This document shows, one piece after another, positions 9,758 through 19,671 of a stretch of 29,705 bases of DNA. The DNA comes from Planctomycetota bacterium (GTDB lineage Bacteria; Planctomycetota; UBA8108; UBA1146). Under the pieces are notes generated by a model, which was not told where the DNA came from, did no database searches, and was given only the letters and a program-made list of their open reading frames with translations. Made by a program: the position numbers and the translations under genes. The stretch is taken from the NCBI GenBank assembly GCA_036338595.1, contig JAYZBV010000108.1, positions 1-29,705 on the forward strand, written 5' to 3'. Every line of letters begins with the position of its first letter. The first letter of the stretch is position 1.

Positions 9758-11236
9758 TCAGGGCGCTTCCCGCAACCTGACCTGGTCGAGTTGTCGCTGC
9801 AGTCTCTCCACCACCTCAGGATGAGTCTTGGCGAGATCGTTCTCCTCGCGCGGGTCATCGCCGAGGTGATAGAGCTGGCCGACGGGGCCATCGGAGGGCT
9901 GAATACGTCTCGGTGCCGTGAAGCCACCGCTTCCGAGTCCCTCGATCCACTTCCAGGGCCCGTTGCGAAACGCAAACATACCATCGAGGGAGTGGTGCAC
10001 GATGTTCTCACGCAGTCCATCCGCCCCCGCCACGATGGCGGGCAAGAAACTGATCCCATCGGGGGCAGCCCCGTCGGGAACCTCGACTCCAGCCGCCTGG
10101 GCCAGAGTCGGAAGCAGGTCCGTCAGGCCGATCAGAGTGTCGTTCGCTTCACCACGGCGACTCTCTCCGATCCGATCGGGCCAGCGTACCAGCAGTGGTA
10201 CCCGGTGACCTCCCTCGTGAATATCCGCCTTCTGTCCGCGCCACTGCCCGTTGGCTCGATGCTCGAACTGCTGTCGATCCGAAGCGGTCCAGTGAGCGCC
10301 ATTGTCGCTGGTGAATACGAGCAAGGTGTCATCGGTCATGCCGGTGCGATCGAGGGCAGCGAGAATCTCCCCGACGACCGAGTCGACATGGGCCACGAAC
10401 TGGCCATAGACCCCTGCCCCCTCGACCGACTGGAAGCGCTTCGCCGGCATCCATGGCGTGTGGGGTGCAGAGAGTGCCACGTAGAGAAACAGGGGGTCTC
10501 CGGATGGGCGTCCGTGATGGCGTTCGATCTCGGCGACGGCTCTCGCAGCAGTGTCGGGCAACACCTCTTCGTGACGAAACCCGGGAGCGATGGCACCGCC
10601 ACGCCAGAAACCACGCCCCCCTTTTCGCGCCTGAGCACTTCCCTGGATCTTCTCGGTCGGCTGTGCCACTGCCCGGGCATCTTCGAAGTAAAGATAGGGT
10701 GCCATGTCGAGGCTCGCCGGAATCCCCCACCAGCGCTCGAATCCGGCGGTGGTCGGTCCGGGAACCAGTGGCTTCGAGTAATCGGTAGGACCGCTCGACT
10801 GCAGTCCAAGGTGCCACTTGCCAGCCCCCGAAGTTCGGTATCCTGCCGCAGCCAGTATCGATGGCAGCGTCGGGCGTGTGGTTTCGATCAGTGCCGGAGA
10901 GCGCCCTCCCAGAACCCCCTGACGCATGTGAGTTCGCCAGGCGTAGCGTCCCGTCAGCAATCCATATCGAGTCGGAGTGCAGACGGCAGAAGGAGAATGA
11001 GCGTCGGTGAAACGAAGCCCCTCCGCCGCGATCCGTGCCAGGTTCGGCGTCGGGATCAGCGATCTAGCCGTCGTCTCGGCGAGGTCTCCCGAGCCGAGAT
11101 CATCGGCGAGGATGACGACGATATTCGGGGCGGTGACCGCCTGCGACTGGCGCGCCGCCAGACCACTGCAGCCAGCGGCAAGTGGCAGCCACGCCAGCAC
11201 CAAAAAAAGCGCCCTGAGAGCGGATCGACATCGCAT
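9758..11236 (-). CDS. Formylglycine-dependent (Cys-type) sulfatase, predicted lipoprotein
   Basis: PNIVVILADDLG, signature CTPTRYGLLTGRY, GKWHLG, FTSDNG, EGGHRVP, LYHLGDDPRE; lipobox-like LAAG-C; AGGAGG upstream of ATG 11236. Confidence 0.93.
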   Translation of the reverse strand: MRCRSALRALFLVLAWLPLAAGCSGLAARQSQAVTAPNIVVILADDLGSGDLAETTARSLIPTPNLARIAAEGLRFTDAHSPSAVCTPTRYGLLTGRYAWRTHMRQGVLGGRSPALIETTRPTLPSILAAAGYRTSGAGKWHLGLQSSGPTDYSKPLVPGPTTAGFERWWGIPASLDMAPYLYFEDARAVAQPTEKIQGSAQARKGGRGFWRGGAIAPGFRHEEVLPDTAARAVAEIERHHGRPSGDPLFLYVALSAPHTPWMPAKRFQSVEGAGVYGQFVAHVDSVVGEILAALDRTGMTDDTLLVFTSDNGAHWTASDRQQFEHRANGQWRGQKADIHEGGHRVPLLVRWPDRIGESRRGEANDTLIGLTDLLPTLAQAAGVEVPDGAAPDGISFLPAIVAGADGLRENIVHHSLDGMFAFRNGPWKWIEGLGSGGFTAPRRIQPSDGPVGQLYHLGDDPREENDLAKTHPEVVERLQRQLDQVRLREAP

Positions 11237-11302
11237 CTGAACCTCCTGAACAGTCCGGAGGATCGTATCGGAGAAGATCGGTTCCGCACACTGCGTCATT
11301 TT

Positions 11303-11347
11303 AGTGCACTATAATGAAGCAATCTCAGTGCGTTATTATGAAGCACT
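11303..11347. promoter_or_regulatory. Two tandem imperfect 21-bp palindromes, putative operator sites upstream of the sulfatase
   Basis: AGTGCACTATAATGAAGCAAT (11303-11323) and AGTGCGTTATTATGAAGCACT (11327-11347), 24-bp period, in an AT-rich patch about 65-110 bp upstream of the sulfatase start. Confidence 0.5.
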
Positions 11348-11372
11348 CCGGCGTGTGCGTTGCGATGTTTCC

Positions 11373-11409
11373 AGAAGAAAACCCCCGAGCGCCGAGGCGA
11401 TCGGGGGTC
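11373..11409 (-). terminator. Intrinsic terminator downstream of the ECF sigma factor
   Basis: Minus strand GACCCCCGATCGCC-TC-GGCGCTCGGGGG-TTTTCTTCT: GC-rich hairpin plus U-rich tract, about 35 nt after the stop at 11443. Confidence 0.75.
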
Positions 11410-11442
11410 AGAGATGGTTGGCAAACTGGTGAGGATGGCCGA

Positions 11443-12069
11443 TCAGGCCGCCGGAAGAGCGTCGACGGGAAACCCGCTTTCACGGGCGTAGTCCCTCAAT
11501 TCGTCACGCAATCGGCCTCTGGCCCTCGAAATGCGCGAGCGGATCGTGCCCAGCGGCACCGACAGAGTCTTTGCGATCTCCTGGTAGCCGAGACCGTCCA
11601 GGTCACACATCAGCAGCGGCTCACGAAATTCCGCAGGAAGGTTACGGATGGCGTTTCTGACCGCGTCTCCGACCAGGTCGAGACGTGGCTGATCACCATT
11701 CTCGAGCCTCTCCTGCTCTTTTTGCAGCTCCCAGGAGCGATCCTGTGAGATCGGCTGGGCCATATCTACATCCTCGTGCAGAGGCCTGCGCAGACGACGG
11801 CGACAGTGGTCGTAGAAGCGATTCTTGCAGATCCTGAACAACCAGGAGCGGCAATCGGTGCCGGGAGTGAAGCGGTCAAATGCCTTCAATGCCCTCAGGA
11901 AGGTATCCTGGACCAGATCCTCCGCACTGGAGAAATCTCCGGCAAGGGACATCGCAAAGGCCCGTACCGAGGGCATATGGGGCAAGGCCACCGTCTCGAA
12001 GGAGTGGACTGGCTCTGGATCATCGCTGGCAAGGAGCTGGGCTTCCCCGGCGAGTCTGAAGTGGTTCAT
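11443..12069 (-). CDS. ECF-type sigma-70 family RNA polymerase sigma factor
   Basis: Region 2: AEDLVQDTFLRALKAFDRF...SWLFRICKNRFYDHCR. Region 4: LPAEFREPLLMCDLDGLGYQEIAKTLSVPLGTIRSRISRAR. ATG 12069 is preceded by GAGAGGGAAAG; the ORF-track start 12363 would overlap the divergent aas gene. Confidence 0.92.
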   Translation of the reverse strand: MNHFRLAGEAQLLASDDPEPVHSFETVALPHMPSVRAFAMSLAGDFSSAEDLVQDTFLRALKAFDRFTPGTDCRSWLFRICKNRFYDHCRRRLRRPLHEDVDMAQPISQDRSWELQKEQERLENGDQPRLDLVGDAVRNAIRNLPAEFREPLLMCDLDGLGYQEIAKTLSVPLGTIRSRISRARGRLRDELRDYARESGFPVDALPAA

Positions 12070-12222
12070 GGCGTCTTTCCCTCTCACAGGAGTGGCGGCA
12101 GGCATGGAAACCAGTGCAGAATCCGTGCCAAACATGGACATCTCGTCCCAGGCAGACAGAGTGGTGCTGGATCTATAGACTCTGGGCGCATCTACAGAAC
12201 TCCCCCCGAGGAAGGAAGCCAC

Positions 12223-15200
12223 TTGTCGCTGCGGGATAACCACTCGTTCCATGCGCTGACCGGGGCTCAACTGCTCGGCGCCTTCAACGACAATGTCTTC
12301 CGACAGTTCATCATGCTGATCGCCATCAGGGTTTCCCTCGACTGGCTCCCCGTCGATGGACAATCGATGGCGATGGCGGTCTTCGCACTGCCGTTCGTGC
12401 TGTTCGCTGTTCTCGGCGGTTCGCTGGCAGATCGATTCTCCAAGCGTCAGATCATCGTCGTGGCCAAGGGCATGGAGGTGATGGCGATGGCGCTCGGAAT
12501 GGCGGCCTTCGCTCTGCAGGGGATCAACCCGAACCTATCGATCATTGCGATGCTCTCGGTGCTGTTCCTGATGGGTACTCAGAGTGCTTTCTTTGGCCCC
12601 TCGAAGTACGGCATCCTGCCCGAGATGGTGGGCGAGAAGGACCTGACCCGCGCCAACGGGATCATCAACATGACCACCAATGTGGCGACCATCCTCGGAA
12701 CCGTGGTCGCCGGCGCAATGTTCCTCTATCTTCACCCCGATGGAGATCTGGCGACAGGTCACCCCAACTGGTGGAGCGGGTTCTTCTTCATCACCGTGGC
12801 GCTGATCGGTTGGGGAATCTCGACGCGCATCGCAAAGGGACGAGGATCCGCCGACCCTGATCGCGCTCTCAACTTCAATCCCGTGGCGGGATTCGGTGAG
12901 ATCCGGTTCTTGTTCACCGATCGACCCCTCTTCGGCGCCGTCATCGCTACCAGCTGGTTCTATCTGATCGGCGCACTGGCGCTGCTGGTTCTCAATGTGT
13001 TCGGCTCGGAAATTCTGGATCTACATGACGGAGGCTCGCGCCTGTTCTTCTTCGTCGCCGGCGGCATCGCCCTGGGTAGCCTGCTGGCGAGTCGTCTTTC
13101 TGGAGATCACATCGAGATTGGCATCGTTCCGCTGGGCGGCATCCTGATGACGGTCGGGTTTTCGCTGGCTCCATTCGTTGACGAAACGATGCTGAGCGTA
13201 GGAGCTGCGCTGGGACTGGCAGGCATCGGCGGCGGATTGTTCCTGGTGCCTCTGGCCTCCTATGTCCAGGACCGCGCCAATGGAACCGAGAAGGGACGGG
13301 TGCAAGGAGCTCAGGAACTGCTCACATTCCTCTTCATCTTCGCATCTGCGTTGGTCTTCGAGGTGATCCAGAACGAGAGATTACTCGGTCTCGATCCGCA
13401 GGGAGCCGTTCTGGTGCTGGCAGTGCTATCGCTGGTCGGAACCCTCGGCGTTTTTCTTGCAGTCCCTCACATCTCCGTGAGGTTCCCCGCCTGGCTGATC
13501 GTCCATCTGTTCTATCGCGTCACCGTGATCGGGGCGGAACACATCCCGCGAAGAGGCGGCGCACTGATCGTTGTGAACCATCTCTCCTACGCAGACCCAT
13601 TCCTGGTCGGTTCTGCAGTACCTCGTTTCGTTCACTTCCTGGCACACCGTCAGTTCAGTGGTAGGTCGCTGATTGGTTTTGCAACGGGATTGATGCGGGC
13701 GATTCCCGTCTCCAGTGAGGATGGACCCAGATCGATTCTCCGCTCACTCGATGAAGCCGCAAAGCGGGCAAGCGATGGGCACCTGGTCTGCATCTTTGCC
13801 GAGGGGGGAATTTCTCGCACCGGAAACCTGCTTCCCTTCTCCAAGGGCCTGGAGCGGATCGCTCGAAAAGGGGATGTGCCGATTCTTCCGATGTATCTCG
13901 ATCGGGTCTGGGGAAGCATCTTCTCCTTCCGTGGAAAACGCTTCCTCTTCAAGCGGCCACTTCGAGTGCCCTATCCGATCACGGTTGCGATCGGGAAGCC
14001 GCTGGATCCGAGCTCGTCTGCAAATGAGGTCAGGCAGGCCGTCCAGGAGTTGAGCGCCGTCGCTCTCGATTCCCGTAAGCAGGAGGGGCAAACCCTCGCC
14101 ACCCGCTTCCTATCCTCTGCACGGAGAGCTCCTCGTCGTATCGCAGCAATCGAACTGGAAAAGTCTGTCACTTACAGGAAATTTCTCATCCTGGTGCTGA
14201 TCCTGCGTAGAAGACTGAGGGCGAAATTTGCCCAGCAGCGGCACATTGGAATATTGCTGCCTGCCGGAATCGGCGGTGCAGCGGCAAACATTGCGATTGC
14301 GGTGATGGGGAAGGTCGCCACCAACCTGAACTTCACTGCAGGACCTGAAGCGCTCCGCTCTGCCTGCGAGCAGACCGAACTGAAGACCATCATCACTGCG
14401 AAGATCTTTCTCAGCAAGATCGACCTGGACCCGGAAGAATTCGCGCCCGGCGTCGAGATTATCGATCTTCCATCACTGCTGGCTCGAGAGGTCACGAAGA
14501 AGGACAAGATCCTGGCACTGATGACGGCGCTGCTTCCATCCTTCATCCTCACCAGGCTCGCGGATGTCCCCCACGATCCGGATGACGATGTTTCCGTGAT
14601 GTTCTCGAGCGGCTCCACGGGAACGCCCAAGGGGATCCGTCTCACCCATCACAACATTCTTTCCAATGTCAGGAGTATTTCTCAGGTATTCGATGTGGAT
14701 AGCAAGGATCGGGTTGTCGGTTCGTTACCCTTCTTTCATGTCTTCGGATTCACCGTCACGTTGTGGTTTCCGCTCGCCAATGCCATCGGAGCGATCTATC
14801 ACCCGAATCCGATGGATACCGATGCACTCGCCACTCTCATCCGTGAGCACAAGGGAACCATCTTCCTCTCGACTCCAACCTTCTACCGCACCTACCTGAG
14901 GAGATTTGAGCCTGCAGATTTTGCAAGCATCCGCCTCGCCGGGGCTGGAGCAGAGAAGTTGAAGGCATCGCTGGCCGAGGCATGGGAGGAAAAGTTCGGT
15001 TGTGCGCTACTGGAGGGATACGGCTGCACCGAATTGAGCCCAGTGGTCTCAGTAAATCTGCCCGATCTGAACGAGGCTAATATCAAGCAAACGACCCGCA
15101 AATTCGGCTCGATAGGTATGCCTGTTCCCGGCGTTGTCACCCGGATCGTCGATCCCGAAACTCTTGAGGATCTGCCTGTCGGAGAGTCCGGCCTGCTGTT

Positions 15201-15693
15201 GATCAAGGGTCCAAATGTCATGAAGGGATATCTCGGAAGAGATGATCTCACTGAGGATGCCTTTGAGGGGCAGTGGTACAAGACAGGCGATATTGCGAAG
15301 ATGGATTCTGACGGATTCCTCAGCATCACCGACCGCCTTTCTCGCTTCTCGAAACTCGGTGGCGAGATGGTTCCGCACATCCTGGTCGAGGAACAATTGC
15401 AAGAAATCGTCGATGAGCACTTCAAAGGCGATGCTGATTCGGAAGACCAGTCCCAACTCGCCGTCACCGCGATTCCCGATGAAGCCAAGGGTGAAAAATT
15501 GGTCGTCCTTCACGGGCCACTACCGATCGAGCCGGCCCAGATCATCGAAGAACTTCGAGGCAAGCAGGCGCTTCCAAATCTGTGGATTCCCAGAGCAGAT
15601 GCCTTCATCGAGGTGGATGGGATCCCCACACTGGGAACCGGCAAGGTGGACCTTCGCGCCATCAAGCAGATCGCCCTGGATTCGCTAGCCTGA
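12223..15693 (+). CDS. aas: Trifunctional LplT-type MFS transporter / PlsC-type acyltransferase / acyl-ACP synthetase (acyl-[ACP]--phospholipid O-acyltransferase)
   Basis: AQLLGAFNDNVFRQ, GSLADRFSKR, FFGPSKYGILPE (LplT-like MFS); NHLSYAD and FAEGGISRTG (acyltransferase); FSSGSTGTPKG, EGYGCTELSP, YKTGD, DRLSRFSKLGGEMV, GKVD (AMP-binding). TTG start at 12223 follows GAGGAAGGAAG. Confidence 0.92.
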   Translation: MSLRDNHSFHALTGAQLLGAFNDNVFRQFIMLIAIRVSLDWLPVDGQSMAMAVFALPFVLFAVLGGSLADRFSKRQIIVVAKGMEVMAMALGMAAFALQGINPNLSIIAMLSVLFLMGTQSAFFGPSKYGILPEMVGEKDLTRANGIINMTTNVATILGTVVAGAMFLYLHPDGDLATGHPNWWSGFFFITVALIGWGISTRIAKGRGSADPDRALNFNPVAGFGEIRFLFTDRPLFGAVIATSWFYLIGALALLVLNVFGSEILDLHDGGSRLFFFVAGGIALGSLLASRLSGDHIEIGIVPLGGILMTVGFSLAPFVDETMLSVGAALGLAGIGGGLFLVPLASYVQDRANGTEKGRVQGAQELLTFLFIFASALVFEVIQNERLLGLDPQGAVLVLAVLSLVGTLGVFLAVPHISVRFPAWLIVHLFYRVTVIGAEHIPRRGGALIVVNHLSYADPFLVGSAVPRFVHFLAHRQFSGRSLIGFATGLMRAIPVSSEDGPRSILRSLDEAAKRASDGHLVCIFAEGGISRTGNLLPFSKGLERIARKGDVPILPMYLDRVWGSIFSFRGKRFLFKRPLRVPYPITVAIGKPLDPSSSANEVRQAVQELSAVALDSRKQEGQTLATRFLSSARRAPRRIAAIELEKSVTYRKFLILVLILRRRLRAKFAQQRHIGILLPAGIGGAAANIAIAVMGKVATNLNFTAGPEALRSACEQTELKTIITAKIFLSKIDLDPEEFAPGVEIIDLPSLLAREVTKKDKILALMTALLPSFILTRLADVPHDPDDDVSVMFSSGSTGTPKGIRLTHHNILSNVRSISQVFDVDSKDRVVGSLPFFHVFGFTVTLWFPLANAIGAIYHPNPMDTDALATLIREHKGTIFLSTPTFYRTYLRRFEPADFASIRLAGAGAEKLKASLAEAWEEKFGCALLEGYGCTELSPVVSVNLPDLNEANIKQTTRKFGSIGMPVPGVVTRIVDPETLEDLPVGESGLLLIKGPNVMKGYLGRDDLTEDAFEGQWYKTGDIAKMDSDGFLSITDRLSRFSKLGGEMVPHILVEEQLQEIVDEHFKGDADSEDQSQLAVTAIPDEAKGEKLVVLHGPLPIEPAQIIEELRGKQALPNLWIPRADAFIEVDGIPTLGTGKVDLRAIKQIALDSLA

Positions 15694-15765
15694 GTCTGCC
15701 GAAGGTAGTCCCGAGACCTCCGACATGGTGTACCGTATTCCCAGGTACGAAGGAGCAATGAAGAG

Positions 15766-16101
15766 ATGGACAACGGCACGGAACCCGAACTCGGTATTCG
15801 AGAATTCCAGCGCAAGATAGAAGACATCTACTTCCAGAAGGACTCCTCAAGAGGCGTGAGTGGATCGTTCATGTGGTTGGTGGAGGAGGTAGGCGAACTG
15901 GCAAGATCCCTCAACACTGGAGAACCCAACTCCGCAGAGGAACGTGCCGAGTTCGCAGATGTATTTGCCTGGCTATCTAGCCTCGCATCGCTTCGCGGTA
16001 TCGACCTCGCAGATTGCGCGAGAGAAAAGTACTGCTCCGGTTGTCCTCGTTGTCAGGAAACACCGTGCAGTTGCCAGCACCGCCGCGAGGGGGATCAGTG
16101 A
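15766..16101 (+). CDS. MazG-like nucleotide pyrophosphohydrolase, single domain with Cys-rich tail
   Basis: WLVEEVGELAR...AEFADVFAWLSSLA MazG-type motif; C-terminal CSGCPRCQETPCSC; GTGA overlap with the next gene. Confidence 0.88.
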   Translation: MDNGTEPELGIREFQRKIEDIYFQKDSSRGVSGSFMWLVEEVGELARSLNTGEPNSAEERAEFADVFAWLSSLASLRGIDLADCAREKYCSGCPRCQETPCSCQHRREGDQ

Positions 16102-17351
16102 AAATCCGCAATTTCGGCGCGCTGGATCGATATCTGTTCCGCGAGCTGCTATTGAACTTCATCTTCAGCCTGCTGTTTCTATGCATGCTGGTCGGCATCG
16201 TGTTTTCAATGAAAGCTGTCGACTCTGGTTACTCGCTCAAGATCATCTTTCCATGGCTACTGGATAGCCTGCTCTACAGTTTGTACTTCACCGCACCCAT
16301 CTCGATTCTGGTCTCCTGCACCCTGAGTTACGGCCGTTTCGTCGCAGATCGAGAGTTCACTGCCGCTGTAGCCAGCGGGATCTCACCGATCAGACTGATC
16401 GTCCCGATGGCCTGGCTGGCAACTCCTCTGGCACTGGTCCTGATGCTGACCCAGTCGACGATCCTTCCTGAACTCCAGCACCGAAAGGAAGACATCGGGC
16501 GCTTCCTCGTCAAACAGCTAGAAAGTCTCGGCAACGGCAAGATGGGGCAACTTCGACTCGACAATCACGGCGGTATCGTTCACTGGAAAGAAATACGAGA
16601 CGGCAAGGAACTGACCGATGTGTTCATCCAGAAACAGATGAGTATCGGAACAGGTGCTGGCGGAATCGCCAATGCCATGACAACTCCTGTCGGAATCGGC
16701 GAGACTCCTGGTACCAAGATCAGGGCCGAGCGCGCGCACCTATTGGTCGACGACTTCGAGGACATGATTCGGCTGACACTCAGCAATGTAGAGGTCAGTT
16801 TTCCTGTCAGCGAAATCGCCCTGGACAAGCGTGATTTTCTCGACTGGCGTCATGAAAAGATACGCCTCGACCGATTCAACATCGATTTTCCGATCAATAC
16901 CGAGGCCAGGCGGCTGAACGATATGCCTACCGCCCAGCTCCAGAAGCGACTGGACGAGTATCGAGATGAAATCAACAAGCTTCGCAATGAGATCGAAAAT
17001 ACGGAAGACCCTGTCATCATCGGCGGTGCACAACAAACCATGAGGTTGGCACAGAAGAACATCCGAAAGGGAGACACGGAGATCTGGAGGCGCAGGGCGA
17101 TGGCGCTGGCAGTGATCACATTTTCACTGCTCGGATTTCCCATCTCATTGACTCTGAGAACCTCACAGAAGTTGCTACCATTCTTCTTCGGAATGCTGAC
17201 CGTGATGGTTTTCTTCTTTCCGCTCACCTATGGCGGAATACAGTACACCAGGGCCACGGGTGCTCCTGCCTGGGCAACGGTGATGTCTGGTAACTACGTT
17301 TTACTGCTCATCTCTGCCGTCCTGATCTACAGGGTGAGGACACGCGGATGA
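16098..17351 (+). CDS. lptF: LptF/LptG family LPS export permease (LptF-like)
   Basis: LDRYLFRELL N-terminus, YGRFVADREFTAAVASGISP motif, 3 TM + periplasmic domain + 3 TM; GTG at 16098 overlaps the mazG stop. Confidence 0.85.
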   Translation: MKIRNFGALDRYLFRELLLNFIFSLLFLCMLVGIVFSMKAVDSGYSLKIIFPWLLDSLLYSLYFTAPISILVSCTLSYGRFVADREFTAAVASGISPIRLIVPMAWLATPLALVLMLTQSTILPELQHRKEDIGRFLVKQLESLGNGKMGQLRLDNHGGIVHWKEIRDGKELTDVFIQKQMSIGTGAGGIANAMTTPVGIGETPGTKIRAERAHLLVDDFEDMIRLTLSNVEVSFPVSEIALDKRDFLDWRHEKIRLDRFNIDFPINTEARRLNDMPTAQLQKRLDEYRDEINKLRNEIENTEDPVIIGGAQQTMRLAQKNIRKGDTEIWRRRAMALAVITFSLLGFPISLTLRTSQKLLPFFFGMLTVMVFFFPLTYGGIQYTRATGAPAWATVMSGNYVLLLISAVLIYRVRTRG

Positions 17352-18493
17352 TGAACGCAATCCACAGGATTCTAGAGCGCCTTCCGATCCGCACCATCGA
17401 TCGATACATGATGCGTCAGTTCATGATCTCCTGGGGAATCTGTGCTTTTGCTGTATTTGGTCTTTTCAGCGTGATCGATGGCGTTTCACGCCTCGACCGC
17501 TTCCTCAGGCAAGACGCCCCACTGCCGCTTGTTGCGCTCAAGTACTTTGCCGGCATGGTTCCCATCTACTTCACCCAGTACCTCGGCCCGATATTGACAC
17601 TACTGGCCGCGATGTTCACAACGACCAACCTCAACAAGGGGTGCGAACTTGTGCCACTACGGGCAGCAGGATTGCCGCTTTCTCGCATCCTTGCGTCGAT
17701 GTTCCTCATCGCGTTCTTCATGGCTACCTTGATGATTGCGGTTCAGGAATTTGTGGTGCCAAACTTGAAGGATCAGATCCGCCTCGCGGATTCATATGGC
17801 CGGGCACTCGATAGCATTCAACCGGATATCGTCAACGACAGCAGGAACAACCTGATCGATGTCGCCAGCTACCTGCCCCATGAAAAACGCGGCCAGCGTG
17901 TCGAGATCAGCACCAAACATGCTGGACACGCCTCCTCGAAGTCCATCATTCGTGCGCGAGAGATCCTCTGGAAAGATCCCGAGGAGGGAGAGCCATACTG
18001 GCTCCTTCGCGATGGAAAGGTGGAGCAGTTCGACCTCCAGGGAATGAAGATCCCAGTCCCCGGTCCCGACGGGAGCTTGCAACTGGTTCAGGAATTTTCC
18101 CAGATGAAACTGGAGACTGACATGAGGCCTGTTGACCTCGAATCGAGCGACAGGGAGATCGAATATCTGTCCTTTCGGGAACTCCGCAATCAGTACAAAC
18201 GCCGCCCTCATCTCAAGCACCTTGAAGTGAAACTTCACCGACGCTTCGCATTTCCGCTGTCCAATTTCATCCTCTTGATGCTTGGACTCCCCTTCGTGCT
18301 GCGTAAAGAATCGCGATCGATCCTGCTCGGCATCTCGATCGCAATGGCGCTAGGGACCGTCTACCTGATTGCCACCGAAGTATGTACCAATCTGGGGACC
18401 AAGGGCGCGCTCAACCCGATGCTCGCAGCCTGGTTACCGGTACTCTTCTTCGGAGCGCTCGGCATCACCTTGTTTGATGGAATTGAAGAATAG
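17348..18493 (+). CDS. lptG: LptF/LptG family LPS export permease (LptG-like)
   Basis: IDRYMMRQF, ELVPLRAAGLPLSRI, HRRFAFPL, LNPMLAAWLP; ATGA overlap with the preceding paralog. Confidence 0.88.
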   Translation: MMNAIHRILERLPIRTIDRYMMRQFMISWGICAFAVFGLFSVIDGVSRLDRFLRQDAPLPLVALKYFAGMVPIYFTQYLGPILTLLAAMFTTTNLNKGCELVPLRAAGLPLSRILASMFLIAFFMATLMIAVQEFVVPNLKDQIRLADSYGRALDSIQPDIVNDSRNNLIDVASYLPHEKRGQRVEISTKHAGHASSKSIIRAREILWKDPEEGEPYWLLRDGKVEQFDLQGMKIPVPGPDGSLQLVQEFSQMKLETDMRPVDLESSDREIEYLSFRELRNQYKRRPHLKHLEVKLHRRFAFPLSNFILLMLGLPFVLRKESRSILLGISIAMALGTVYLIATEVCTNLGTKGALNPMLAAWLPVLFFGALGITLFDGIEE

Positions 18494-18530
18494 GCACCAG
18501 CCAGGATAAACAGAACTTCCATCAGCAAAT

Positions 18531-19670
18531 TTATCCGATGGCTGCGTCCAGATCCTCTTTGAGGTCTTCCAGATCTTCGATTCCGACCGAGAGGCGAATC
18601 AATGCATCGCTGAGTCCTGCCTTGTGGCGAACCTCTGCTGGAATTGCGCCATGGGTCATCGAAATCGGGTGCTCGATCAGGCTCTCAACACCGCCGAGAC
18701 TCTCTGCGAGTGTAAATATGTTGGTTCTGGAGACCATCTCTCGAGCATGCGTTTCAGATTCATCGACCAGTACAAAAGACACCATCCCCCCGGGCGCAGA
18801 CATCTGTCGGCAAGCGATCTCGTGTCCGGGATGAGTCTCCAGCCCCGGGTAGTAGACCGTGGAGATCCTCGGGTCGTCTTGTAACCACCGCGCAATCTGT
18901 TCGGCATTCTTGCAATGCCGCTCCATTCTGACATCAAGAGTCTTGGTTCCCCGCAAGGTGAGGAAGCAATCGAGCGGACCGGGAATCGCTCCAGCTGCAT
19001 TCTGGATGAAGGCCAGTCGTTCTCGAAGGTCATCATCTGAAGTGACCAGTGCCCCACCCACCACATCGGAATGACCGCCCAGGTACTTTGTTGTCGAGTG
19101 AAGAACAATGTCTGCACCCAGCGAGATCGGCTGTTGCAGGCAAGGCGTTGCGAAGGTGTTATCGACCACCAGCAGAATCGATTTTTCACGACAGATTCTG
19201 GAGATCTCGGCAATATCGGTAATCTTCAGCAGCGGGTTGGTGGGTGTTTCGATCCAGACCATCCTGGTGCTCTCACCGATCGCATCGACGATCTTTTGTG
19301 GATCGGTCGCGTCGACAAAATCGAACTGCATACCAAACTGCTGGAAGATCTGCGTGAAGAGTCGATGGGTTCCTCCGTAGAGGTCATCGCCAGCAATCAC
19401 ATGGTCTCCCGATTTGAACAGCTTGAGAACTGCATCCGTCGCAGCGAGCCCACTTGCGAAGCAGAGCCCATGCCTGGCACTTTCCAGAGATGCGAGGTTC
19501 TGTTCCAGGGCCGTTCTTGTCGGGTTGCCGGTGCGGGAGTATTCGTAACCAAGATGGGTTCCGGGATTTTCCTGAACATATGTGGAGGTCAGGTACACCG
19601 GGGTCATGATCGCCCCGGTAGTCGGATCCGGAGCCTGACCGGCATGGATGGCTCTAGTCGAGAACTTCAA
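18531..19670 (-). CDS. Cystathionine gamma-lyase/gamma-synthase family PLP enzyme
   Basis: YEYSRTGNPTR, FASGLAA, ETPTNP, VDNTF, PLP lysine motif HSTTKYLGGHSD, AESLGGVESL, RLSVGIED. TTG start 1 nt after the cbs stop. Confidence 0.95.
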   Translation of the reverse strand: MKFSTRAIHAGQAPDPTTGAIMTPVYLTSTYVQENPGTHLGYEYSRTGNPTRTALEQNLASLESARHGLCFASGLAATDAVLKLFKSGDHVIAGDDLYGGTHRLFTQIFQQFGMQFDFVDATDPQKIVDAIGESTRMVWIETPTNPLLKITDIAEISRICREKSILLVVDNTFATPCLQQPISLGADIVLHSTTKYLGGHSDVVGGALVTSDDDLRERLAFIQNAAGAIPGPLDCFLTLRGTKTLDVRMERHCKNAEQIARWLQDDPRISTVYYPGLETHPGHEIACRQMSAPGGMVSFVLVDESETHAREMVSRTNIFTLAESLGGVESLIEHPISMTHGAIPAEVRHKAGLSDALIRLSVGIEDLEDLKEDLDAAIG

Positions 19671-19671
19671 C

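Noticed and set aside
9791..11314. 507-aa plus-strand ORF
   Set aside because: Antisense shadow of the sulfatase, typical of GC-rich DNA.
11776..12363. Apparent long head-to-head overlap between the sigma factor and aas ORFs
   Set aside because: Artefact of longest-ORF starts; RBS-supported starts at 12069 (-) and 12223 (+) remove the overlap.
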